DNA of 64,000 nt from Candidatus Aminicenantes bacterium. Its GTDB lineage: Bacteria; Acidobacteriota; Aminicenantia; Aminicenantales; JAFGBC01. Every line of letters starts with the position of its first letter. Positions within the stretch are counted from its first letter, which is position 1. Where the stretch lies: positions 1,664,001-1,728,000 of the forward strand of contig OY969696.1 in NCBI GenBank assembly GCA_963702005.1, written 5' to 3'. This document shows, one piece after another, positions 49,587 through 59,794 of the stretch. The notes beneath the pieces are model-generated. The model ran no database searches, was not told where the DNA came from, and saw only the letters and a program-made list of their open reading frames with translations. A program made the translations under genes and the position numbers.

Positions 49587-49626
49587 TCGGTGACGCTTAA
49601 CCCGTTCGTCGACTGAGCGTCACCGA
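49587..49626. repeat. REP-like inverted repeat right of the SBBP gene
   Basis: TCGGTGACGCT ... AGCGTCACCGA; 49589-49602 is the exact reverse complement of 47372-47385. Confidence 0.75.
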
Positions 49627-49684
49627 TTGATTTTTGACTGCGGATGGGACGTGTGCTATATAAACTCCATTCGGAGGTAAACCC

Positions 49685-51730
49685 ATGCGACGTCATTTCA
49701 TCGTCATGATCATCGCCCTTCTCGTCATCGGCGGGCCGTCGGCCCGGTCCTGGGCAGCCGACAGCCATCCCTTTTCGGTCCACGACATGCTGGCCATGGA
49801 CCGGATCTCGGACTCCCAGGTTTCGCCCGACGGAAAGTGGATCGTCTTCAACCTCAGGGAGACCGACTTGGCCGCGAACCGGGGCCGGACCGACCTTTGG
49901 CTGGTCGGAACTGACGGCCAAGGCCTGCGCCGCCTGACAAGCAACCCGGCGGCCGACTTCAACGGCCGCTGGTCGTCCTGCGGCAAATGCGTCTTTTTCC
50001 TCTCTACGCGCTCCGGATCTTCCCAGGTCTGGCGGATCAAAGTTGACGGGGGGGAGGCTCAGCAGGTCACTAAATTCCCGCTCGATGTGGGGAACCTGAT
50101 CGTGGCTCCGGCCGGCGACATGATCGCCGTGACCATGGAGGTCTTTCCCGGCATGACGGTCGAGGCCACCGCTAAAAAGCTCGAGGACATCGCCAACCGA
50201 AAAGCCACCGGACGGATATACGACAGGCTTTTCGTCCGCCACTGGGATACCTGGAGCGACGGCCGCCGCTCCCATCTTTTCGTCCTCCCCAAGCAGGGCG
50301 GCGAGGCCAAGGACCTCATGCCGGCCATGGACGCCGACACGCCCCATAAGCCCTTCGGCGGACCGGAGGAGATCGCCTTTACCGCCGACGGCAAAGGCCT
50401 TGTTTTTACGGCGCGCGGCCTGGGCAAGGACGAAGCCTGGTCTACGAACATGGATCTTTATTATGCCCCCGTCGACGGGTCCCAGGCGCCCAAGTGCCTG
50501 ACCGAGGCCAACAAGGCCTGGGACGCGACGCCCGTCTTTTCGCCCGACGGGAAAACCCTGGCCTATTTGGCCATGGCCCGGCCCGGCTACGAGGCCGACC
50601 GCTTCCGGATCATCCTCAAGGATTGGCCGGACGGCAAGGAACGGGTCCTGGCCGAGCCCTGGGACTTTTCGGTGGCGTCGCTCGGCTGGTCGGAGGATGG
50701 GACGAAAATCCTGGCTACGGCCGGCAACAAGGGGCAAACGTCGCTCTTCGCGATCGACGTCAAGACGGGAGAGGCTAAGACTGCAGTCGAGATGGGAACC
50801 ATAAACGGATTCGCTCCGGCCGCGGGGCGGGTCATCTTCGAACGGCACACCCTGCGCGCCCCGGTCGAGATCTACTCCGTCAAACCCGACGGAAGCGACG
50901 AGAAGGCCGTCACTTCCATCAACGCCGCCAAGGTCGCCGCCGCCCGGATGGGCGAGCCCGAGCAGTTCTCGTTCAAGGGCTGGAATAACGAGACGGTCTA
51001 CGGCTACATCGTCAAGCCCGTGGACTTCAACGCCGCCAAGAAGTATCCGGTCGCTTTCCTCATCCATGGCGGGCCTCAGGGTTCGTTCGGAAACGACTTT
51101 CACTATCGTTGGAATCCCCAAGCCTACGCCGGCGCCGGCTATGCGGCCGTCATGGTCGATTTCCACGGCTCGACCGGCTACGGCCAGGCCTTCTGCGATT
51201 CGATCCGCGGCGATTGGGGCGGGAAGCCCCTCGTCGACCTCCAGAAGGGTCTCGAGGCCGCCCTCAAGCGCTATCCCTGGATGGACGGGACGCGGGTCGG
51301 CGCGCTGGGCGCATCGTTCGGCGGATACATGATCAACTGGATCGCCGGGGCCTGGCCGGACCGCTTCAAATGCCTGGTCAGCCACGACGGGAACCTGGAC
51401 GAGCTGGCGGCCTACTACGACACCGAGGAGCTTTGGTTCCCGGAGTGGGATCACCTCGGCACGCCCTGGGACAATCCCAAGGGCTACGAGAAACACAACC
51501 CCGTCAACCTCGTCAAGAACTGGAAGACGCCCTGGCTCGTCGTCCACGGCGGACAGGACTTCCGGGTCGTCGAGACCCAGGGGCTGTCGGCCTTCAACGC
51601 CCTCCAGCGGCGCGGCGTCCCCAGCAAGTTCCTCTATTTCCCCGACGAGAACCACTGGGTTCTCAAGCCGGCCAACTCCATCCTCTGGCACGAGACGGTC
51701 ATCGGCTGGCTCGACCAGTGGCTGAAGTAA
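49685..51730 (+). CDS. secreted S9 family peptidase
   Basis: IHGGPQ, GASFGG nucleophile elbow, DFRV, FPDENHW. Confidence 0.93.
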   Translation: MRRHFIVMIIALLVIGGPSARSWAADSHPFSVHDMLAMDRISDSQVSPDGKWIVFNLRETDLAANRGRTDLWLVGTDGQGLRRLTSNPAADFNGRWSSCGKCVFFLSTRSGSSQVWRIKVDGGEAQQVTKFPLDVGNLIVAPAGDMIAVTMEVFPGMTVEATAKKLEDIANRKATGRIYDRLFVRHWDTWSDGRRSHLFVLPKQGGEAKDLMPAMDADTPHKPFGGPEEIAFTADGKGLVFTARGLGKDEAWSTNMDLYYAPVDGSQAPKCLTEANKAWDATPVFSPDGKTLAYLAMARPGYEADRFRIILKDWPDGKERVLAEPWDFSVASLGWSEDGTKILATAGNKGQTSLFAIDVKTGEAKTAVEMGTINGFAPAAGRVIFERHTLRAPVEIYSVKPDGSDEKAVTSINAAKVAAARMGEPEQFSFKGWNNETVYGYIVKPVDFNAAKKYPVAFLIHGGPQGSFGNDFHYRWNPQAYAGAGYAAVMVDFHGSTGYGQAFCDSIRGDWGGKPLVDLQKGLEAALKRYPWMDGTRVGALGASFGGYMINWIAGAWPDRFKCLVSHDGNLDELAAYYDTEELWFPEWDHLGTPWDNPKGYEKHNPVNLVKNWKTPWLVVHGGQDFRVVETQGLSAFNALQRRGVPSKFLYFPDENHWVLKPANSILWHETVIGWLDQWLK

Positions 51731-51805
51731 TCGTATTTGCGGCTCAAGGTTACGATATTTTCAGTCGAGCTCTTGCATGAATTGGATGATGTTACCGGTG
51801 TCGAG

Positions 51806-52168
51806 TCAGGCTTTCCTGAACAGCTGGATCGTCTCGTCCCGCATCAGGATGATGATGGAGTAAATGGCCAGGGCCGTCCCGAGCGGGAATTCGAGCAGGC
51901 TCAGGAAAGCCACGACCAGGGTCAGGACCCGGCCCCATTCCTTCATTTTCAGCATCCCGATCCCGGCGACGATCTTGGGGACGGCCAGGACGAGTAAGAA
52001 AGACCCGACGCCGAAGCCGATCCACCTCAGGATTCCCGGCGCCTCCGGCTCGATGGCGGGAATAAAGGACAGGCCGAACAAGAGCCCGGCGACCAGGAAA
52101 GCGGCGAACAGCCCCAGAACCCCCGACACGATCCAAAGGATGCCGATCAGGTTGACGTGTTTTTCCAT
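51806..52168 (-). CDS. small membrane protein
   Basis: AGGAG SD, 3-4 hydrophobic helices, FPLGTAL motif. Confidence 0.75.
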   Translation of the reverse strand: MEKHVNLIGILWIVSGVLGLFAAFLVAGLLFGLSFIPAIEPEAPGILRWIGFGVGSFLLVLAVPKIVAGIGMLKMKEWGRVLTLVVAFLSLLEFPLGTALAIYSIIILMRDETIQLFRKA

Positions 52169-52221
52169 CCTTGATCTCCTTTGTCTTATTATATTATACG
52201 GACAGGCGAGAGGGTGGTTGA

Positions 52222-52274
52222 AATTCCGGGGACACGATACCAAATCAAGAGATTTAGTTCATGTCTCCGGAATT
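52222..52274. repeat. diverged intergenic copy of the AATTC-GGGGACAC palindromic element
   Basis: AATTCCGGGGACACGATACCAAATC ... GATTTAGTTCATGTCTCCGGAATT, 53 nt. Confidence 0.75.
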
Positions 52275-52363
52275 CAGCGTACGTCGGGAGCGGGCCGTAG
52301 CCGGTCGTTTGATAAACCCCCCGGGATATGATAAAAAAGAGTGCGAAAAGGACCGATCGATTC

Positions 52364-55300
52364 ATGCCAGAAGAGCTGCCCAAGCATTACGAGCCGGCGC
52401 CGTACGAGGCCTCCGTCACCAAGCTGTGGCTGGAAGCCGACGCCTTCGCCGCCGTCCCCGGACGGCCGGCCCGGCCGCTACGTCATCATGATGCCCCTCC
52501 CCAACGTGACCGGCGCCCTGCACATGGGCCACGCCATGGACAACGTCATGCAGGACCTTCTCATCCGCTGGCATCGGATGATGGGGGACAATACGCTCTG
52601 GATGCCGGGGACGGACCACGCCGGGATCGGGACCCAGGCCGTCGTCGAGAAACGCCTGTTCGAGCTCGAGGGCAAGACGCGCCTCGACCTCGGCCGCGAA
52701 GGGCTGGTCGCCCGCATCCAGGCCTGGAAGGACGAATACCGGGAGCGGATCATCCGCCAGCAGCAGAGCATGGGCTGTTCCTGCGATTGGAAGCGGCAGC
52801 GCTTCACCATGGACGCGGTCTGCGCCCGGGCGGTGCGCGAGGCGTTCTTCCGGCTCTTCCGCGACGGCCTCATCTTCCGCGGCAACCGCCTGGTCAACTG
52901 GGACTGCCAGCTCCAGACGGCCGTCTCCGACGACGAGATCGTCTATGAGAAGGTCCAAGGCCACTTCTGGCACATCAAGTATCCGATCGTCGACCGCCCG
53001 GCCGGGAGAGCCCGCCTTCGTCGTCGTGGCCACGACGCGGCCCGAGACCATGCTCGGCGACACGGCCGTGGCCGTCCATCCCGACCCCGCCGGCGAGCTC
53101 GAGCGGCAGATCCGGCCTTCTCAAGGATAGGTTGGCGGCCGCCTCCAAGAAGGAACGGGCCGAGCTTGAGGCCGAGATCGAACGGATCGAGGAGCCGCAA
53201 GGCCGAGGTCCTTCCGGTCCTCATCAAGCTTCACGATATGGCCGGGAAGGGCCGTAAGGTTCTGCTTCCGCTCCTCGACCGAGAGATTCCGCTCATCCTC
53301 GACGAATGGGCCGACCCGGCCCTCGGCTCGGGTTGCGTCAAGATCACGCCCGGCCATGACCCGAACGACTATGACGTCTGGGACCGCCATCAGTGACCGG
53401 ATCGGGATCGTCAACATCCTCAATCCCGACGGCACGCTCAACGCCGCCGCTGGCCCTTACGCCGGGCTCGATCGCTTCGAGGCGCGCAGGAAAGTCGTCG
53501 CCGACCTCAGGGCGCGCGGGCTCCTCGAGTCGCGTCGAGGACCGCGAGATCGAGATCGGCCATTCCGACCGGTCCAAGACGCCGATCGAGCCCTACCTCT
53601 CCAAGCAGTGGTTCGTCCGGATGGGCGACATCGAAGGCGGCATCCTCTGCGGCGCGCGGGACGGGCAAGGAGTTTCGGGCGCGTCGGGTTGGCCCAGGCC
53701 GCCATCGACGGCGTCCGCGCGGACTGGGCCTCCCCGAGCGGCCGGCGCCTGACCTTCCATCCCGATCATGCCCGCTACGGCGGGACTTATCACGTCCTGG
53801 CTGGCCGAGAAGCGTGACTGGTGCATCAGCCGCCAGCTCTGGTGGGGCCACCGCATCCCGATCTGGCACGCCGAATTCGCGGGCGCCGAGGTCGCGGGCG
53901 CCGTAGCCCGACTCCCCAAGGCCGATGCCGCGGAGATGGCGGTCTGGATCGCCGACGCGCGAGGGCCGCTCGTTCGAGCCCGGCGAGGTCCGAAAGCTCG
54001 ACCCGGCCAAGCCCGCTACAGTCTGCTTGTCTCTCTCCGCGACGAGACGGCCGAGAAAAAGCACGCGCGCCTCGCTCGAAGCCGCCGGACTCGTCCAGGA
54101 CCCCGACGTCCTCGACACCTGGTTCAGCTCCGCCCTTTGGCCGTTCAGCACGCTCGGCTGGCCCGACCCGGCCACGGCGGCGCTCGATCCGGGGCAGCGG
54201 CCGCTGGCCGCGGCCGAGCGGCCGCGCGGACTGCCTGAGCTACTATTATCCCGGCTCCTGCCTGGTCACGGCCCGCGACATCATCACCCTCTGGGTCGCC
54301 CGGATGCAGGTCATGGGACTCTATCTGCTGGGCGACGTCCCGTTCACGGACTGCTTCATCCACGCCAACATCCAGGACGGGAAGGGCGAGCGGATGAGCA
54401 AGAGCAAAGGGCAACGGGATCGATCCCGAGGACATCATCGAGAAATACGGGGCGGACGCCATGCGCTACGTCCTCTGCGATATGCAGACCGGGACCCAGG
54501 ATATCCGGCTCCCCGTCCAGGCCATTTCGCCGTTTAGCGGAGAGATGGTCGACCTGGCCACGGCCAAGCACGGCCGTACCATTTTCACTTACCTCTGACC
54601 CAAAGACCGGAAAGGAATTCGACGTCCTGGGGACGATGCCCGACCTTCCCGTCGCCAAGATCATCAGCGAGCGCTTCGAGACCGGCCGCGCATTCTGCAC
54701 CAAGCTCTGGAACGCGGTCCGCTTCGCCCTGCTCAATCTCGGCGAGCATCGCTTCACGCCCCTCAAGGCCGGATCGTCTCGCGGCCGAGGACCGTTGGAT
54801 TCTGTCCCGTCTCGGCGCGGGTCATCGACCGGGTGACGGGTGAACTCCGCGCTTACAATCCTTCGGCGGCGATCGGCGCGGCCCGCGACTTTTTCTGGGG
54901 CGAGCTCTGCGACTGGTATCTGGAGATCATCAAGCCCCGCCTCAAGGACGAAGCCTCGGCGCCCGCGGCCCGCTCGGTCCTGGCGCTGGCCCTGGACCAG
55001 GTCCTCCGCCTCTTCCATCCCTTCGTCCCGTTCATCAGCGAAGTCCTCTGGGAGAAGCTCGGCGCCCAGTGTCCGGCCCGCGGGCTCGAAGAGCCGCTGG
55101 CTTCCTCCCGGCTCCTCATCAACGCGGCCTGGCCCGGGCCGCGGCCCGAGTGGCTCGACGAAGCCGTCGAGGCGGAGATGGGCTTCCTCCAGGACGTCGT
55201 CCGCGGGATCCGCGACCTGCGCTCCCGGCACGGTCTCGCGCCCGGCCGGAAGCTCGAAGCCCTCGTTAAAGCCGACGGCCGGAACGCCGAGATCCTTAGG

Positions 55301-55633
55301 CGCATGGAGTCCCACGTCGTCCATCTCGCCGGGCTCGCGTCTCTCCGGGTGAGCGCGGATCTGGAGAAGCCCGCCACGGCCGCCGCCCAGGTCCTGGCCG
55401 GGGCGGAAATCTATCTGGCCGGGCTCGTCGATCCCGGAAAGGAAAAAGCGAGCCTAGCCTCCCAGCGCGCCAAGCTCCTCGAGGACGTCCGCAAGACGGC
55501 GGCGAAGCTGGCCAACCCGGGTTTCGTCGAGCGGGCGCCGGCCGAAGTCGTCGAGAAAGAGCGGCGGCGGCTCGAGGAGCTGACGGCCCGGATCGAAGTC
55601 GTCGAGTCGAACCTCAAGGCCCTCGGCGGCTGA
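52364..55633 (+). CDS. valS: valine--tRNA ligase, broken by many frameshifts in this sequence
   Basis: [78 protein letters not shown] and C-terminal coiled coil, spread over all three frames. Confidence 0.93.
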
Positions 55634-55792
55634 TCGTATTTAGAAAAGGACAAGGCCTTCGAATGGCTGGGGAAAGCCCTCGAGGAACGGGCCTACGACA
55701 TGGTCATGCTCAAGGTCGAGCCTCGGTTCGCCCCCCTCCGTTCCGATCCCCGTTTTAAAATTCTGCTCCGGCGGATGGGGCTCGAGGACTGA
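55634..55792 (+). pseudogene. C-terminal remnant of a TPR-containing protein (kinase/TolB-like-associated type)
   Basis: EKDKAFEWLGKALEERAYDMVMLKVEPRFAPLRSDPRFKILLRRMGLED*; no own start for the N-terminal part. Confidence 0.7.
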
Positions 55793-55805
55793 TTGCGGCC
55801 CAGAA

Positions 55806-55834
55806 TTGACAATACCAGACATTCTATTTAGTAT
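55806..55834 (+). promoter_or_regulatory. candidate sigma70 promoter
   Basis: TTGACA-N17-TAGTAT. Confidence 0.55.
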
Positions 55835-55883
55835 TTTACTTCCGCTTGATTTCTGATTGGTTCCCACAAGAGGAAGGAGGAAC

Positions 55884-57206
55884 ATGATCCTGAAGGCGAA
55901 AACTACAATCATCATTGGGCTCGGGTTCATTCTCATCGCCTGCGCTGCCGCCGTCTGGGCGCGCTGGGCCGGTTCCGTGAAGCAGACGCCGTCCTTGACG
56001 GCGTTGAGGATGCGAGATATCGCCAAGGAACGGATGTTCAGCTCTCGGGCTTTGAGTCCCCAGCCGGGCCCAATGGGGAAGCCGCTTGATTCTGCTTCTC
56101 TGCCCGTGGACAAAGATGACGACGGAATGCCGGATTCCTGGGAGAAGGCCAAGGGTTTCAATCCTTCCGACCCGAACGACGCCTGGCTCGACGCCGATAG
56201 CGATAATGTCGTGAACCTGTTCGAGTATCAGCTCGGCAGCAATCCCAAGAGCGCCACATCCCCTCCGGTTGTGACCGTAGGGACGTCCTCCGCTGCGGAT
56301 TATGAAAGCCTGGCCGATGCCCTGGACGGCTGCGAGTCGGGGAGCGTCATCCGCGTCGCTAAGGGGACCTATAAAGTCAACTACATGACGTTTGATCCCA
56401 AGACCGTCATGATCCAGGGCGGCTGGAGCGCGGATTTCCAGAAGAGGGACTTGAAGCTTTACCCGGTGACACTCGACGGCGCCAACAAGGATGAAGTTCT
56501 CTACTTCAGCTACACCTCCGGCACGAACGGGATCATCCTGGACGGCCTCAAGATCGTCCGGGGCAAAGGGCATTTCGGGGCCGTGAATTTACTCGCTCAG
56601 AATACGGCGTTCATGAAGACGAGTATCGTGAACTGCTTCATCATCCAAAGCTTGAACACGTCAGATTACGGTGCTGCCCTTCACACGAACAACTGGGATA
56701 CCAGCTTGTCCGACCGGACCGTCGCCAATGCCGTGATCTGCGGGAACAAGGCGAGCGGAATCTATGCCCAAGTCACCGATTCTACGAAGGCCCGCTGGAG
56801 GATCATCAACAGCGCGATTTACGGCAACAAGAATGGCGGCGGGTACAACGGATACGGCATCGAATCCTTCACGCTCGATGACGGCGTCCTGAATGCCCAT
56901 GTTTTCAACAGCATCCTGTGGGGGAACGCGCAGGAAGATATCAGCATCAGGTGGAACATCGCCTTCAATGTCGACCACACCGATCTGGCCAGGGCGTTAG
57001 CCGAATACGGCGCAGAATGCAACCTGGGCGCCGGGAATCTCGACGCCAATCCCGGCTTCGTGGCTCCAGGTAGCGGCAACTACCATTTGAAAAGTTCGTC
57101 TCCCCTCATCAACAAAGGGATTAACAAGGGTATCCCGAAGATCGATTTCGAGGGGGACAAGCGCGTGAAAGGCGCCGCCCCCGACATCGGCCCCGACGAG
57201 CGCTGA
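55884..57206 (+). CDS. secreted right-handed beta-helix protein with TSP3-like Ca-binding motif
   Basis: DKDDDGMPDSWE...DADSDNVVNLFEY..GSNP; RVAKGTY, IQGGWSADF, NSILWGN, YHLKSSSPLINKG, PDIGPDE. Confidence 0.8.
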   Translation: MILKAKTTIIIGLGFILIACAAAVWARWAGSVKQTPSLTALRMRDIAKERMFSSRALSPQPGPMGKPLDSASLPVDKDDDGMPDSWEKAKGFNPSDPNDAWLDADSDNVVNLFEYQLGSNPKSATSPPVVTVGTSSAADYESLADALDGCESGSVIRVAKGTYKVNYMTFDPKTVMIQGGWSADFQKRDLKLYPVTLDGANKDEVLYFSYTSGTNGIILDGLKIVRGKGHFGAVNLLAQNTAFMKTSIVNCFIIQSLNTSDYGAALHTNNWDTSLSDRTVANAVICGNKASGIYAQVTDSTKARWRIINSAIYGNKNGGGYNGYGIESFTLDDGVLNAHVFNSILWGNAQEDISIRWNIAFNVDHTDLARALAEYGAECNLGAGNLDANPGFVAPGSGNYHLKSSSPLINKGINKGIPKIDFEGDKRVKGAAPDIGPDER

Positions 57207-57284
57207 GACGGCGCGCTTCGCCTTATCCGGTCCGGAAGTCCGTAAGGGACGGTCGGATCTCCTCCGCTCAGAGAAGAATCCGGC

Positions 57285-57482
57285 TCACCGGCGCTTCGGC
57301 CGCCGGTCCTTGACCGGCCGGCCCGAAGACGAGGCCGAACCGAGCGAGTACTCGGCCACGAAACTGTCCGCTTCGCCTCCTTGAAAGACTTCCTGGACGG
57401 AATCGGCCAACGGGAAGTCGGTCGAGTTCGTATCGCCGACGACGGCTTGCTCCAGGGAGCCGCCAATAAAACTTGAGCACAT
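57285..57482 (-). pseudogene. degraded SBBP-repeat fragment
   Basis: SSFIGGS...VVGDTNSTDFPLADSVQ...GG.ADSFVAEY resembles one internally deleted SBBP repeat. Confidence 0.55.
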
Positions 57483-57561
57483 GATTTAGCTGCCCTGGGG
57501 CGCGAGCGCGGTTGAATTGAAGGCGGCTATGAGGTATGTTTTTCATCGAGAGGTGATGATC

Positions 57562-59781
57562 ATGCTCAAGAATCCAATAATGCGGATAAGTGTCCTAATC
57601 GTTTGGGCCGGCTTTATGGGTTTGTCCTTCCAAGGCTGGGGCCAGACGGATGCCCGTCGGCCCGACGAGAGGCACGAGGTCACCGTCCGGCTCGTCCTGG
57701 TCGACCTGGTCGCGATCGGCCGGGACGGTCAGTTCGCGACCGGCCTCGGGAAGGCCGATTTCGAGATCTTCGAGGACGGGAAGAAGATGGACCTGGCCTC
57801 GGCGGATCTCATCCGCCTCAAGCGGAGCGACGCCGCGATTCCCGCGCCGGCGGCCCCGGCCGGGCCGGCCGCGGCCAGGGACAGCCGCTTCGTCGTCGTC
57901 TTCGATTCCATCAACACGATCCAGCGGATGCTCAACCGGAGCAAGCCGGAGATCCTGTCCAAGCTTGTCTCGCTCATCGAGCTCGGCCGGGAGATCATAG
58001 TCTTCGAGCTGGCCGAGGACGGCCGGATGAAGCTTCTCCAGCCCCTGACCCGGGACCGGACTCTCGTCGCCCGGGCCGTCGACAAGGCGACCGGGAGCAT
58101 CTGGGTCGAAAAGGCCGGCGACAGCCTCGCCGTCCCCGGCATCCTGGACCGGCCCGAAGCGGGTCGGAACATGTTGGGCGAATCGGGAGTTGCGGCGTCG
58201 TCCTATCAACAGTCGAGCCAGGCCGCCTTCGAGGCCGAGTCGCGGCGGCGCTTCGAAAAGACCATCAACGGACTCCTCGCCGTCATGAACTTCGTCAAGG
58301 ATTTCGACGGACGCAAATCCTTCCTCTTTGTCAGCGGCGGCATCCCCTCGCTTTCCTTCATCCGCTTCTTCGAGGGCCGGGGGGGAGCCATCGAAGATTC
58401 GACGGCCGTCCAGTCCCAGGTGGCGGCGGCCAAGGTCCAGGATCCCTTCAAGGTCCTCGGCAACAAAAGCTTCCGGACCGGCTCGGAGATCTTCGACGAC
58501 CTCGTCCGGTTCGCGAATTCCCACAACATCAGCTTTTACGCCCTGGATCCGGACAATTATCTTCGCTATGTCCTGGGCGACATGGCTTCGGATAATTTTC
58601 CGCGGGCGATCGGGATGAGAGGAATGCAAACGGCGGGCGTCCAGCGACCGGACGAGATGGCCGAGCTCAAGAGGAGTGAGCTGGCCAGCCTCCAAGCTCT
58701 GACGGGCGATACCGGCGGAGCCTCGTTCCTGGGCGGGAACAAGTTCGAGGAGTTCGCCAAGGTCATCGAGCGCGACTTCAGCCAATATTACGAGCTGAGC
58801 TACACGCCGAAGCGGAAGAAGGCCGACGGAAAATACCATAAGATCGACGTCAAAAGCCTCAGGCCGGGGATCGACATCCGCTACCGGCAGGGTTTCCTGG
58901 ACTACACGGACGAACAGAAGGAGTCCCTCGTCTTCGCCTCGGCCGCCTACAATCCGGGGCTCTTCAAGGACATCCCCTTCGAGGCCCAGATCATTCCCTT
59001 CGCCAGGGGCCGGGACAAGTTCCATCTCTGGATCCAGACCGCGCTCCCGGTCCGGAAGATCCTCGCCGGGCAGCCCGCCGAGGACAAGCCGGTAAGCCTC
59101 AAGTTCAAGATCACCCTCGACGATCCCTCCGGCGAGTCCGGGTTCCTATCCGATGTCGCCATCCCCTTGGCCTTGACCCCGGCCTTCCAGCAAAGGATTC
59201 GGAACGCCGAATATTTCGGGTGGAGCTTCGCGTCCCAGGAGACCGAACTCAAGCCCCAATCCTACCGGGCGACGCTCGCCCTCTACAATCGCGGGCTGGA
59301 CGAGATGGGGACTGCGGAGCGTTTCATCGAGGTTCCGAAAATCAAGGAAGGGATGGAGAGCAGGCTCCTGACCACGGTCGTCGGGAACATCCTCAAGACC
59401 GATCAAGGCATGGTCATTCCCTTCACGATCGCGAACGACGACGGGACGCTCGATATCCCGGGATACAAGTTCTACCCGATGGCGGTCGCCCACGTTCAGC
59501 GCGGGCGGCGGGCCGCCCTTCTCGTCCAGATTTATTCGGCCCTGAAACCCGAGAAGACGGCGCTGGGCGCCGCCCTGACCCGGGCCGGCGCGGGACCGTC
59601 GGGCGGCGTCCCGGCGGTCCTCATCTATGAAGAGTGGAATAAAAAAACGGGAATCTGGAACGTTATCTACGAACTGGGTTTGGAGACTTTTTTGCCGGGC
59701 GACTACGGCCTCGCCCTTCGCTGGACCGACGCGTCCGGGGCGGCCTGGGTCGAGACGTCCCTCCCGGTCCGGATCCTGTGA
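57562..59781 (+). CDS. VWA-domain (acidobacterial VWFA-related) exported protein
   Basis: VTVRLVLVDLVA...DFEIFEDGK, GRKSFLFVSGG, LTGDTGG, YYELSYTP..DGKYHKIDVK, RYRQG. Confidence 0.85.
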   Translation: MLKNPIMRISVLIVWAGFMGLSFQGWGQTDARRPDERHEVTVRLVLVDLVAIGRDGQFATGLGKADFEIFEDGKKMDLASADLIRLKRSDAAIPAPAAPAGPAAARDSRFVVVFDSINTIQRMLNRSKPEILSKLVSLIELGREIIVFELAEDGRMKLLQPLTRDRTLVARAVDKATGSIWVEKAGDSLAVPGILDRPEAGRNMLGESGVAASSYQQSSQAAFEAESRRRFEKTINGLLAVMNFVKDFDGRKSFLFVSGGIPSLSFIRFFEGRGGAIEDSTAVQSQVAAAKVQDPFKVLGNKSFRTGSEIFDDLVRFANSHNISFYALDPDNYLRYVLGDMASDNFPRAIGMRGMQTAGVQRPDEMAELKRSELASLQALTGDTGGASFLGGNKFEEFAKVIERDFSQYYELSYTPKRKKADGKYHKIDVKSLRPGIDIRYRQGFLDYTDEQKESLVFASAAYNPGLFKDIPFEAQIIPFARGRDKFHLWIQTALPVRKILAGQPAEDKPVSLKFKITLDDPSGESGFLSDVAIPLALTPAFQQRIRNAEYFGWSFASQETELKPQSYRATLALYNRGLDEMGTAERFIEVPKIKEGMESRLLTTVVGNILKTDQGMVIPFTIANDDGTLDIPGYKFYPMAVAHVQRGRRAALLVQIYSALKPEKTALGAALTRAGAGPSGGVPAVLIYEEWNKKTGIWNVIYELGLETFLPGDYGLALRWTDASGAAWVETSLPVRIL

Positions 59782-59794
59782 GCCGCGGCGAGTT

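Noticed and set aside
52364-54840. Programmed frameshifting in valS
   Set aside because: Too many shifts and no recurring slippery motif; sequence error is far more likely.
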